Positions 10,317 to 19,665 of a stretch of DNA of 64,000 nt are shown here, one piece after another. The notes beneath the pieces were generated by a model. That model was given only the letters and a program-made list of their open reading frames with translations. It had not been told where the DNA came from and searched no databases. The position numbers and the translations under genes are program-made. Position 1 is the stretch's first letter; every line of letters begins with the position of its first letter. The stretch is from Cyanidioschyzon merolae (lineage: Eukaryota), in NCBI GenBank assembly GCA_000091205.1, contig AP006502.2; one strand, 5' to 3'.

Positions 10317-10470
10317 AAATCTACCCAAGCACTGGACATGGCATGCTCGTAGGAAATACCCATACAGTATCCTTTAGTGCTAAATCTACCCAAGCACTGG
10401 ACAAGGCATGCTCCCTAGCAAAGACCCATACAGTAACCTTTAGTGCAAAATCTACCCAAGCGCAAATCCG
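10317..10470. repeat. Tandem repeat, ~65-bp unit x ~2.3, 230-380 bp upstream of the 10696 ORF
   Basis: aaatctacccaagcactggaca(t/a)ggcatgctc...cccatacagta(t/a)cctttagtgc starts at 10317 and again at 10383. A truncated third copy (aaaatctacccaagcgcaaatcc) starts at 10447. Confidence 0.85.
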
Positions 10471-10695
10471 CCTCCATCCACAGGATATGCCCTCAAGAAC
10501 GGTGGCGGATCGAGTGTCTGTGGGGCGCCCCTGCGGGGCTACCTCCATATGCGGAGACGCTGTGCGGATACTGCCGAGCGGAACTCGCTCCGTCGAAACT
10601 TGCCGTTGACCCCAAAATCATAACAGACATTTGGTGCAGGGTGCGTCTCCTTCAGCGACTGCGTACTGGTTTCTAGTTGCTGGACGAACGCGTTC

Positions 10696-13599
10696 ATGCA
10701 GGGCACAGACGTCCTGGTTCTGCTGCGGGTTTGGAACGCTGAACTCGAGCGAAACGCATCGTGGCTCACACAGCCTCAGGGTGCTCCGGCTGTACCCAAG
10801 TCGGAGGGTGAAAGTGTGGCTGCAGCTCACGCAAAGTACGGCTGCCGAGAACCGGGAGTACACGGCGTACAACGTTCGAGTGAAGGTTGTGGAACGCGGC
10901 CTGCGGAATTCCCGCGAAGGACGTGGCGGAACGAGTGCGGCGCGCTCGGTGGTGGTGGACTCGGGTCGGCGCTTACCACGGCAATCACGGAACAGAATGA
11001 ACGTAGTGAATCTGTGGTGTTTCAGCAAATCAATTCACAACGCCAGTCCGAGGGCTTGGCTCGGGTAAAAGCGGACTCGGGAACGCGTACGCGACCGGGG
11101 AAAGCTGCTACTGTTGCTGCAGCGACCAGTGGACGTCGCACGCCGCGTGCAGAGACTGAGCGTCTGACAGCGTACCAAGAGCTGAAGACTGAAAGCTATA
11201 CTTCCCCGAGCGCTACGCGAGTACCACTCTCCAGACAAATTTTGAGTGCATTGCGTAGCCATGTGAAAGCGATCCCGATGTCTGACGTTCATCGATCCCA
11301 TCGCATGAGATTTCTGCGCCTCTCCAGGGTGCCGCCATGCCCATTAAAGTGCAAGACAGAGGATCTACCGTGGAATATGGGCATCGAGAGAGCGCTTTGC
11401 ACGACCGAGTCCGGTTTGGTGATGCCGCCCGTGGAACCACGCGACAGGGAAGCATTGGGCAGCCCGGAACAGCGCTGGAACTCCAGCGAATCGTATCCTC
11501 CCTTGACATATCGCACGGTACGGGATCCCCAGGTACAAGAGCGATCCAGTTCTGTTGCTGATGCTCGTCGTCGAGTGGTACCGCCGCGGGCAGACTCTGC
11601 GGCGGAGTCGCCCGAGGGCCTCTGCGGTCACAGTGCGCCGCTTCTTGCGGATGATTCGAAGCCGTCTCGACGGGAGATTGCACCGGAGTCCTCGCATTTC
11701 CAGAGAGAGCGGATAGATTTCATCCACGAGTATAATGGTGCGCATGGTGTAGATGGAGCATGTGTCGGTGGCTGCCTTGGGCTAGAAAGAGCACGCGGCC
11801 ACGTGACTGTTACTGGAAGAGAGCATCCGGGGATTGCGCCTCGACCAATTCCTGGAGAGAACAACCCGTGCAAACGCCGCCGCATGGCGGATGACCTTGC
11901 GCAATCCAAATGTCACCGACTCGGAGACATGCTCGGTAATCGTTACCTCTTTATGGATGCCATGGACGCAGAATTGCCGCGGTACATCCTGCTGCTTCCC
12001 CTTTTGGCCCGAGTGTTGGCCGTATCGTGCCCCGGTCTCCACTGCGTGGTGCAGTTTCCGCTCAAGTGGCAACTGGATTTGGCCATGATACAGCGTTCGT
12101 GGTCCGTTGGAGAGGGAAACGCCGGTGATCGCTCGGGCACCATCACATCCCAAATCGAAGGAGAGAACCGGCATCGAGCGTGCGTTCCCAAGAGTTGTAC
12201 ACCGGGCATTTGGCGGGCGCCAAGCCAGCATGCAAGGGCACGAGGAGCAGCTGCACCAACCTGCAGTGCAAGACGATCAGCAGTGCCGCAGCCAAACGAT
12301 TCCGAACGCTCGCCGGACACGGCATCATTCCAAGAAGCGCTGATGAATGCTCTACTTTTACGTGGCTGGCAGCTGCTTGTATTGCCAGCCTCAGATTCGG
12401 AATCGCCACAAGCAGACACGGCAACACTCTCCCTCGCTCAGGTTCATCCACATAGCTGGCGGGTATCCAGTCTACAGGATGGCCAGCTGCTTAGCGGTTG
12501 GCGACGAAATGATGGAGCACCATGCGAGCCACCGTCTCGCTTGCCGTCTTCTGTGTGGAGGCGAGTTCAGAAATTACGCACACGAATCGGGGGCTTCGGC
12601 GCGGAGGTCTCGGCTCCGGACGCCGGATGGTCATACGCTTCGCATTCGAAGCACACCGGCATTCTGAGCTGTGATAATGTCGCTCAACATGTAAGGCCCA
12701 GCTGTGCCGACGACTTGAGATTCTACGTCGCGTACGATAACGGCTCGTCGGTAGAGCTGGTGACCTGCGCCGATCCAGTGCTCTACGGTGTGCGCAAATC
12801 CCGTGTGAACGGTTGCCAGCCAGTGCTGGTTTTTTGTTTCAATCAGCATCATGCTAGTATTGAGCTTGCCGATCTCGTGCTCCCGCTGACCGAAAGCGTA
12901 TATGCGCACGCTCCTGCGTGCGTACCACGTGCGACACGTTTGCCATCACAGCCTAGGCGGTTGCCTTCAAAGGGCATGCGTTCCCATGAGAATGTTCTTG
13001 TCGTCGATATTGGTGCACAACCCGTGGATATGCGGATGGCATTCGACGCCCATCGGGAATCGACTGCTTCGACGAAATCTTCCGCAAATTCGACTCCGTC
13101 TGAAGCGTTGATCACGGAAAATCCCGACACAGATACCGAAAGAAAGATGGAAACCGCTGCGGATCGTCAGAGTCCGTGTTTTAACGGCGATATACCATCG
13201 CGTGGAGGCCCCGATCTGCTCGACCCTGCACGTCGAGCGCAGAGCGCAGATCACGGTCCATTATTGGCCGCAGACGAGCGCCTCGACCATGCGCACATGG
13301 AACGTGTTCATTTTGATGGGAATCCCAACGAGGATGTGTCGGCAGTCGCGAGCGGACAAGAGTCCAGGCCTGTGCAGCCGCGCTCCGACCATCACCGCAG
13401 TTCTACGCAAGAGCACGATGCTGCGCTGCAGCGTACCTCTATGGACTCCCAGCGCGCCGTACCCCAGGCTCCAGATGTGCATCGAGCGCAACGAAGCACC
13501 GAGACCCGCTTTGAGCAGTCCACCGGCTGCGTCTACAAACCATCACTGGGCCAGGCGCTGAATGACACATTCACAACGTGCCGAATGCGACGCACCTGA
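10696..13599 (+). CDS. Large hypothetical protein (967 aa), low-complexity and rich in R/S/A/P, with no domain I can recognise
   Basis: Uninterrupted 2.9-kb ORF with ATG at 10696. No other long ORF overlaps it on the opposite strand, but GC-rich sequence inflates ORF length, so coding status is uncertain. No motif matches were identified by eye. Confidence 0.3.
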   Translation: MQGTDVLVLLRVWNAELERNASWLTQPQGAPAVPKSEGESVAAAHAKYGCREPGVHGVQRSSEGCGTRPAEFPRRTWRNECGALGGGGLGSALTTAITEQNERSESVVFQQINSQRQSEGLARVKADSGTRTRPGKAATVAAATSGRRTPRAETERLTAYQELKTESYTSPSATRVPLSRQILSALRSHVKAIPMSDVHRSHRMRFLRLSRVPPCPLKCKTEDLPWNMGIERALCTTESGLVMPPVEPRDREALGSPEQRWNSSESYPPLTYRTVRDPQVQERSSSVADARRRVVPPRADSAAESPEGLCGHSAPLLADDSKPSRREIAPESSHFQRERIDFIHEYNGAHGVDGACVGGCLGLERARGHVTVTGREHPGIAPRPIPGENNPCKRRRMADDLAQSKCHRLGDMLGNRYLFMDAMDAELPRYILLLPLLARVLAVSCPGLHCVVQFPLKWQLDLAMIQRSWSVGEGNAGDRSGTITSQIEGENRHRACVPKSCTPGIWRAPSQHARARGAAAPTCSARRSAVPQPNDSERSPDTASFQEALMNALLLRGWQLLVLPASDSESPQADTATLSLAQVHPHSWRVSSLQDGQLLSGWRRNDGAPCEPPSRLPSSVWRRVQKLRTRIGGFGAEVSAPDAGWSYASHSKHTGILSCDNVAQHVRPSCADDLRFYVAYDNGSSVELVTCADPVLYGVRKSRVNGCQPVLVFCFNQHHASIELADLVLPLTESVYAHAPACVPRATRLPSQPRRLPSKGMRSHENVLVVDIGAQPVDMRMAFDAHRESTASTKSSANSTPSEALITENPDTDTERKMETAADRQSPCFNGDIPSRGGPDLLDPARRAQSADHGPLLAADERLDHAHMERVHFDGNPNEDVSAVASGQESRPVQPRSDHHRSSTQEHDAALQRTSMDSQRAVPQAPDVHRAQRSTETRFEQSTGCVYKPSLGQALNDTFTTCRMRRT

Positions 13600-13767
13600 G
13601 CTGAGCGAAACTGCGCCCAGCGTCGTTCCGCTCCACATCATCGTTGTTCGCTGCACCTATCGACGTTATCCACGGTGCACGAAAAACAGTCTCTCTAAAT
13701 AGGGTAATCTGAACGCAGCTCCAACTCAATGACAATGTCGCTTTGGGGGTCGCGCGCATTACCCGAA

Positions 13768-14802
13768 TCATTGTCGTTGACGCTTCTGAGCGAGCGGTGT
13801 CGGTCGGGTGTCCGGTACTCGTACGAGCTTTTGTTTGGTTTGGCGACTGCGACGTCGACGACGCTCAGGTGACCACATTGTAAAGTTGGAGCGTACCGGT
13901 GCACTCGCTGCGAGCACCTGCGTTGTCCGATCCGCCACATAGAGCGGAATCGGGACCCGCGCTCTCGTTTTCAGGTAGATACTGAGAACGCCCCGCCGAA
14001 TACCTCCTGGAATGAACGTTGGCAACTGGTGCAGGACTTGCTCCACGTTCGTCTTGAGTGCCTCCGGCGACATGGAGAGCCTTCCGACTCGGATGGCACA
14101 GCAGGTGCCCGCCGCTAGCCCCGGATACCAAACAGTGCTATCGCGTACGCGTTCACATGCTCGAATCACCCGCTCCGCCACCACGGAAGTACACTGGTCT
14201 AAACCAGAAAAGTTCACAGGCAGAGGGTATTTCTTACGTCGAAAGAACTCTTTTCCGAGAAGATCCGGCAGTAATGGCCACACGCGCGTATCGGCGAGGA
14301 ACAGGTCATGCTTGGCAGCAAGCCGGCGACGTTGCTCAAACTGGAGGTAGTCTCGGCGAAGCTGCCTTACCGACAGCACCTCGGTGACGCGTAAGGATCG
14401 AATGCGCTCACGCCACTGCGCTGGCGGTGACTCGACCAGAAACCGGCGGTACGGTCGCACGGGGTCTGGGCACACCACACACACCGACAGCGACGCGCTC
14501 ACAGCGTCACCTGGCTCCGTCGATCGATAGAGAGGGTTCGGCAACGGTATCAATCGGGGCCGTCGCGGCATATTTTCCGGTATACACTGCAGGGTCAGCA
14601 CCAAAAATACCCAATCCGTTGCACCGTCCGGCTCTGACTCACTACCCGAGTCCGCGTCCAGAAGGTCCCGTGTACGGCGTCGATGCTTCCTGCACCGCTC
14701 TAGAAGAACTTTGATCGCGCTTTCGATGACGGGCGGCCTCTCTTTCGTGTCCCCTTGAGACGCACTTGGATTCGAAACGGATTGCGTTACAAGTTCTGAC
14801 AT
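13768..14802 (-). CDS. Ribosomal-L1-domain-containing protein (Cic1/Nsa3/RSL1D1-like ribosome biogenesis factor)
   Basis: Contains HDLFLADTRVWPLLPDLLGKEFFRRKKYPLPVNFSG, which matches the characteristic L1-domain block (DLFLAD.RI..LLP.LLGK.FF..KK.P.PV). There are flanking blocks typical of the L1 fold and a basic C-terminus. The ORF-track start at 14838 is GTG. The first ATG is at 14800-14802 (MSELVTQ...). Confidence 0.6.
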   Translation of the reverse strand: MSELVTQSVSNPSASQGDTKERPPVIESAIKVLLERCRKHRRRTRDLLDADSGSESEPDGATDWVFLVLTLQCIPENMPRRPRLIPLPNPLYRSTEPGDAVSASLSVCVVCPDPVRPYRRFLVESPPAQWRERIRSLRVTEVLSVRQLRRDYLQFEQRRRLAAKHDLFLADTRVWPLLPDLLGKEFFRRKKYPLPVNFSGLDQCTSVVAERVIRACERVRDSTVWYPGLAAGTCCAIRVGRLSMSPEALKTNVEQVLHQLPTFIPGGIRRGVLSIYLKTRARVPIPLYVADRTTQVLAASAPVRSNFTMWSPERRRRRSRQTKQKLVRVPDTRPTPLAQKRQRQ

Positions 14803-15004
14803 TGGCTTTGTTGCCAACAAACGTACCAAGTACCGCACAAGTATCGATTATATGTGTAGTATGTGTGCCTGGTCGCGGGCGTGCACGCCCGCCGTCGGCG
14901 GTGTCCGGCGAAGGCGCACCCGCGGCTGGCGTCCCCAGCGACTTGTAAGCCAACTCGTTCGCGCTCAGCAGAGGCGAGGCTAGTTGCCCGTTGCTTCGGT
15001 TTCC

Positions 15005-15994
15005 ATGGCACCCAGGTACACACCGAAAGTGACTGGTTTTGTCGAAAGCGCGAGCTGGTCGTTGAATGGAGGAAGCAACACGCACCACCTGCTGGTCAGC
15101 GGGCGAGGAGAGGCTGCGGTGCTGGAGGCCCCAGCAAGGAAGTCGCGGTATCAGACGGCCGCTGGCGTGCGTACTCCGACCGTCCGACACGTCGCTGCGG
15201 TGCGACACCTCCGCTGTACCCAGGAGGCGGGCCCTGGCAGTCGTTGGAACGCCTCTTCTGGAGCGTCCCGGCCAGCGGACGATCGTTTCGCTGTGCGTGA
15301 CTCGAATGTGGTCGAGATACCGGGACGCACGCTATCCGTGTCGGAGCTGAAAAGCGAGCTCTTGCGATCCGTGGCTGAACAGAACCGGGGTCTTGCGTCC
15401 ACCAGCTCCAGTCGAAAAGAGACACTTGAGCTGGTACGCGCTCTGGAACGTGAGCAAGCGCAAGGAAGCAGTCCGTCGACGACGATTGCGGCACCATGTA
15501 ACCTCGGCTGGGCGGAGCAAGCGTCCAAAGTATCCGGTGACTGGAAGCTGTTGTTTACAACCGCCCTTGATGTGCTTCTATTGGGATGGAGTGTCTTACC
15601 ATTCACTCCGCAGGTCGGATCGATCTATCAGAATATTCGTGTCGCGCTATCCGCGGATGCGATGGAATTCACGCTCGAGAACGTGGTGCAGTTCGCTGCA
15701 CCAGCTAGTTTCCTGCTAGCCCAGTTTGGTATAGAGGATTCCGACGCTACGCTACGGGTATTTGCACGCGGACAATGCGACCGCAGCCGCCCACAGCGAC
15801 TGTATCTGCGTTTTGAGCGTGCGCGGCTGGAGCCGAATCGCTTTCTGGGACGCCGCATAGACGAGACGCTACCACCGCTGCAGTTGCCGCTTCGAGGAAC
15901 TGCCGTTGGGTGGACAGAACTGACATTCCTGGATGAAGATCTGCGAATCATTCGAACTGCAGTGAATGATGTGTTTGTGCTGTGGCGCGTCTGA
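15005..15994 (+). CDS. PAP/fibrillin-family protein (plastid lipid-associated protein) with an N-terminal extension consistent with a transit peptide
   Basis: N-terminal fibrillin block GDWKLLFTTALDVLLLG and the diagnostic C-terminal block GWTELTFLDEDLRIIRTAVNDVFVLWRV (compare TYLDEDLRISRG..G.LFVL of the PAP_fibrillin domain). The ORF-track start at 14984 is TTG. The first ATG is at 15005. Confidence 0.7.
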   Translation: MAPRYTPKVTGFVESASWSLNGGSNTHHLLVSGRGEAAVLEAPARKSRYQTAAGVRTPTVRHVAAVRHLRCTQEAGPGSRWNASSGASRPADDRFAVRDSNVVEIPGRTLSVSELKSELLRSVAEQNRGLASTSSSRKETLELVRALEREQAQGSSPSTTIAAPCNLGWAEQASKVSGDWKLLFTTALDVLLLGWSVLPFTPQVGSIYQNIRVALSADAMEFTLENVVQFAAPASFLLAQFGIEDSDATLRVFARGQCDRSRPQRLYLRFERARLEPNRFLGRRIDETLPPLQLPLRGTAVGWTELTFLDEDLRIIRTAVNDVFVLWRV

Positions 15995-17249
15995 GCTGCA
16001 GCGCATGGAATTCGTTCGGGTCCAGGATCGATGGCGCTGATCCAGGGCTTTTGAAGGCCCGCGTGCCGCTGGCAACCGTGTCGAACATAATACCAAGCTT
16101 TCACAAAGGTTTCGATACTCCACAAACTCCATGCAAGCATTCTCGAGCGGCGTGGAGGCTTGATCCAACGCGCCACGATGTGTCGATTCTACCGTGGACG
16201 CCTCTTGCAACACTGGATATGCGCCTGCACAGTTGCCGTGCGCGATGTCTGGGCCTCTTCGCCGTGCCGCTGGGTGTATCCGGTCAAGGCGGCGCTTGCA
16301 ACGAAGGTGTGCTAACCACAACCAGAGCTTTGTTACCAGAACACGGTAATCGTACAGACACTTTTCCAGCTGCCTTATTCCATCGTGATGCGCAGCTACC
16401 CAGAGTAGTGCGTGCCAGCGGCAAACAGAGGCCTTGGATAGGCGGCGCTGCATGCATGCATGCATGCCGCGGGACACGATTTGTGACAGCGAGCGTCACG
16501 TTTCTCTGTGGACGCTCTGCACCAGGCGACACATGCCTCTCGCTGACCTGGTCCGCATGCAAATTGATGCGCACTCGGTATAGCGGCATGCGGCCGGCGG
16601 AGATGATCTCGCCACCCTAGCGTATGAGCTTAGGGTGCCCTACGACACGGCTTCGTTCATGAGAAATACGTTGGGCAGTCACGAATGAACATGATACGTC
16701 GAACGCTAAGCATCGGTCGCAAGAGCTGACAAGCGAATGCTTCTGTGTTTGCCTAGACTCGTGTCCGATGAGCATGGAATACCGCATTGCTGGATCAGCT
16801 CCTGCCTTGCGTTTTTTGGAAGTTTTTTCTGATGTATAGCCTCGACGTTTGAAGTGTAGAAATCAGGGGTTGAAGGGTTCATTCGCAGTTTTAGGATCCT
16901 CGGTTGGATGCTTTGCAGTGGATGCGTTCACGCGTTGCCGCTGGAACTCGTTGCATCATCGTGATGAAGGTGATGATTCTCGACGCCATCGAAGGGGAGT
17001 TCGTAAAATATTCGACATTCATACCCGATGCATATATACACGCCTCGACTTGTCTTCGTTCCATAGGTGTAACATGCTCAGATCACGCATGCTACAAGTT
17101 TTTGATTTTTCTGTTTTAATGCAACTCGAGGGTGCATAAATTTGCACCACTGGATTGACGACGAAAACGAAAATCGATGTCGTATCTTGACAGTTTGTGT
17201 ATAAGCTCATGCCAGAACTTCACTGAACCTGTCTCGGTAAACAGTCAAT

Positions 17250-17470
17250 GCCGTTCGTCGTACGAATATTCCTCGCTTTGTCGTCATCGACGAAGCAGCA
17301 TTCGACGGCACCGCTATGACAAGGCTCATGCGATGCGCTTCCAGATGCTCCTGTCTCTTCTGTTTACATACAAAAGGATCTTGGACAGGGACTAGAGTTC
17401 GTGCAGCGACCGCTTCCAGTGGGGCGTGCGTCATTGCTTTGTACGAAGGAAGCGTAGACAATTCGAAGTT
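17250..17470 (-). repeat. Copy A of a dispersed ~170-bp repeat family, in minus orientation relative to copies B and C, inside a 2.3-kb gene-free AT-rich island
   Basis: The reverse complement of 17271-17448 aligns at ~80% identity with 32128-32285 and ~75% with 48912-49060. The shared core is ...ctggaagcg(g/a)t(c/t)gctgca..aac....ccaaga(c/t)cctttt..atg.aaacagaagagac....c.tctggaagcg.atc.catgag.... The three copies translate to similar but frameshifted peptides, so they are not under coding constraint. Confidence 0.8.
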
Positions 17471-18896
17471 GCTCGACTTGATCTCCAGCCTTGAATTACC
17501 TTTTGGTACCTGCTCCGTCATGGACAAGATCGCGTTCCACAAATCCTCCATCGAATGGAACAGCGTGCAGCGGGCAGCGTACTCGTCGAGGGCCTCGCCC
17601 TAGAAGAAGCTCGGCATCACAGAGAACAGTACCGGTCGTGGAAATGGAAGCGTACATCCAGGGGCGCTTTCTGCATCTGGTACGGGCATATACCGAGCAG
17701 TGAAACACGCCTTCATGCGCGGCAGGGTGGCACTCAGATCGGGAGGTATCGTAGACATGCTGGAATACCTGACCGCATCCAGTTGTCAGTAGTGCGAAGG
17801 ACGCGCCGAGGCTACATACAACGGAGATGACAATGGGAAGCGAAGCTTGGATTGCAACTTCCGCCTGTGCATCGAATGCTTAGAAACAAAGCCGGAAGGT
17901 GCAAAGTCAGGACCTCTACGCCGCCATCAACATCTGTCAACTGTATCCAATGGAGCTTGAGGGAAAGGAGAGACGGGCGCATATCAATCCGGAGATAGGA
18001 GAGAAGCACAGGAATCAGTTGCAGAGAAATCGCGCAGTGGCTACTGTTGGCGACAATAAGAAGGCTACCCAACTTTCATGTATACGCCCGAGTCAAGGTA
18101 CCCGTTCCATTTTATTCCGTCTTGGATGTCTCGCAATGTCGAAATGTTTGCGCAGGGCATCGTCCGAATCGCGGTACTTTTGAAACCTTTATCTCATTAG
18201 AGCGCGCTGCTTGATTAAGATAAAACCTAGTCGACGTATCTTCCTATCGCATCTGACGAATTGCTGTATTGTTGCAGCCTCTCGCCCATAACAGCGCGAT
18301 TCTCGAGCGAAATAGACCGAGAACGCGCCGCCAGGAGAGCTGCGCTTTTTGCCCTGCGTACCAGAAACCGACTTTTCTTTCTACATTCTCCGACGATTCG
18401 CTGGATGGATCTGCCACCCATCGCATAGGCATGGATGGCGCTGCGAAGTATGGAATATAGAAGCATGTCCAAAAAAACTGCGGTTGCTTTCCTTCTGATC
18501 CTCGGAAGCGTTCACGCTCCCGTACAGTTCAAACGGCACATTTCAATCGCGTTGCGCTGAGCAGCGCGAGTCTGACACAGCGGCAGGCGCCGGTTTGCTC
18601 ACGAGTTTGTACAGAGCACGACGAAGAGCACGCTAGTGCAACTTTAACAGTCGCGAGGCAAAAACCGGGGTATGCGTATGCGCTGAAAAACACGGCTGGA
18701 GAAGTGTGAGCTGAACGGCCAAACAGCACGGCGAACAGGCCGCAGGGCTCGCTGGAGCCCCTGAACTACGCTACGCACTGGGGTCTCTTCCGTGCTCGCT
18801 GGCTACTTGGAGCGTACTTCCGATCGCTTTCAAGTCGTCGTTCAACCATCACTTACGCCCTACACGCTTAACTGGTGGTGCAGGCACCGGCGCGGC

Positions 18897-18940
18897 GCGT
18901 ACTGACCTCCGCAACGCGTACTGACCTCCGCAACGCGTGC
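18897..18940. repeat. Perfect 22-bp direct tandem duplication (gcgtactgacctccgcaacgc x2), ~75 bp upstream of a small ORF starting at 19012
   Basis: cgcgtactgacctccgcaacgcgtactgacctccgcaacgcgtgcgc read directly. Confidence 0.85.
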
Positions 18941-19011
18941 GCTTATCGGCCTCGCCTCTGACGTGCGCTGCGTTCGGAGACATCGGAAAAAGCTTATCAC
19001 ACGCCGAGCTG

Positions 19012-19527
19012 ATGCAGAGCTCCAACGAACCCGACGGCGCTGCGCTTCGAGCTCCGCGACCGCACTTTACGGCTCAGATTCTGTACAGTGTCCGACTGAC
19101 TACAGCAGGTCATGACGACGACGACGACGACGTCCCGACGCCACCAAAAAGTGACCAGATACGCGAAGCGCTTTCCCGAGTCGATGCCTTGCTGTCGCAG
19201 AAACCAACAACAAACGATACTGCACGGACTCGGTCAACGGAAACGTTTTCAACGCAACTGAACCAGGACAGGGTGACCCCCGAATACCTTGCTCAGCAAC
19301 GTAGGCGTCCTGCACAAGCATATGAGGAGGGTGCACCATGTCAGCGTGCTGAAAGCGTTGCTAGAGCGACACTCGCATCACCGTCGCCAAGCGCGACGGA
19401 TGCAGAAGGGCGGCGCGTCACGGCAGACCATGCGATGCTTTCGGCGTATGCGGCGTGGCGTGCACGAGAGCTTGCCCGCAAAGCTCGCGACGAGGCAGAG
19501 AGAGCCCATTTCCGACGACAACCGTAG
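19012..19527 (+). CDS. Small hypothetical acidic protein (171 aa) containing a poly-Asp tract encoded by (GAC)7
   Basis: ORF with ATG at 19012. It contains GHDDDDDDVPTPP from gacgacgacgacgacgacg at 19110-19130. No homology was recognised, so coding status is uncertain. Confidence 0.2.
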   Translation: MQSSNEPDGAALRAPRPHFTAQILYSVRLTTAGHDDDDDDVPTPPKSDQIREALSRVDALLSQKPTTNDTARTRSTETFSTQLNQDRVTPEYLAQQRRRPAQAYEEGAPCQRAESVARATLASPSPSATDAEGRRVTADHAMLSAYAAWRARELARKARDEAERAHFRRQP

Positions 19528-19665
19528 CGCGTTTCCTCGTTTGCGTTGTTGCTGGTGGAGCGTCTCGCATGCTACAATGAAGGCATGTGCGGAGCGGTAC
19601 ACATGTTGGATCGCATGCAACGGCACTGGATGGTATGCTCGAACGCGGCGCACGCCCGGTGCCTC

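Noticed and set aside
15628-16176. 182-aa and 202-aa minus-strand ORFs (15628..16176, 15869..16477) and the 212-aa plus ORF 15982..16620
   Set aside because: They overlap the 3' end and flank of the fibrillin gene. Arg/Ser-rich GC-driven frames without motifs.
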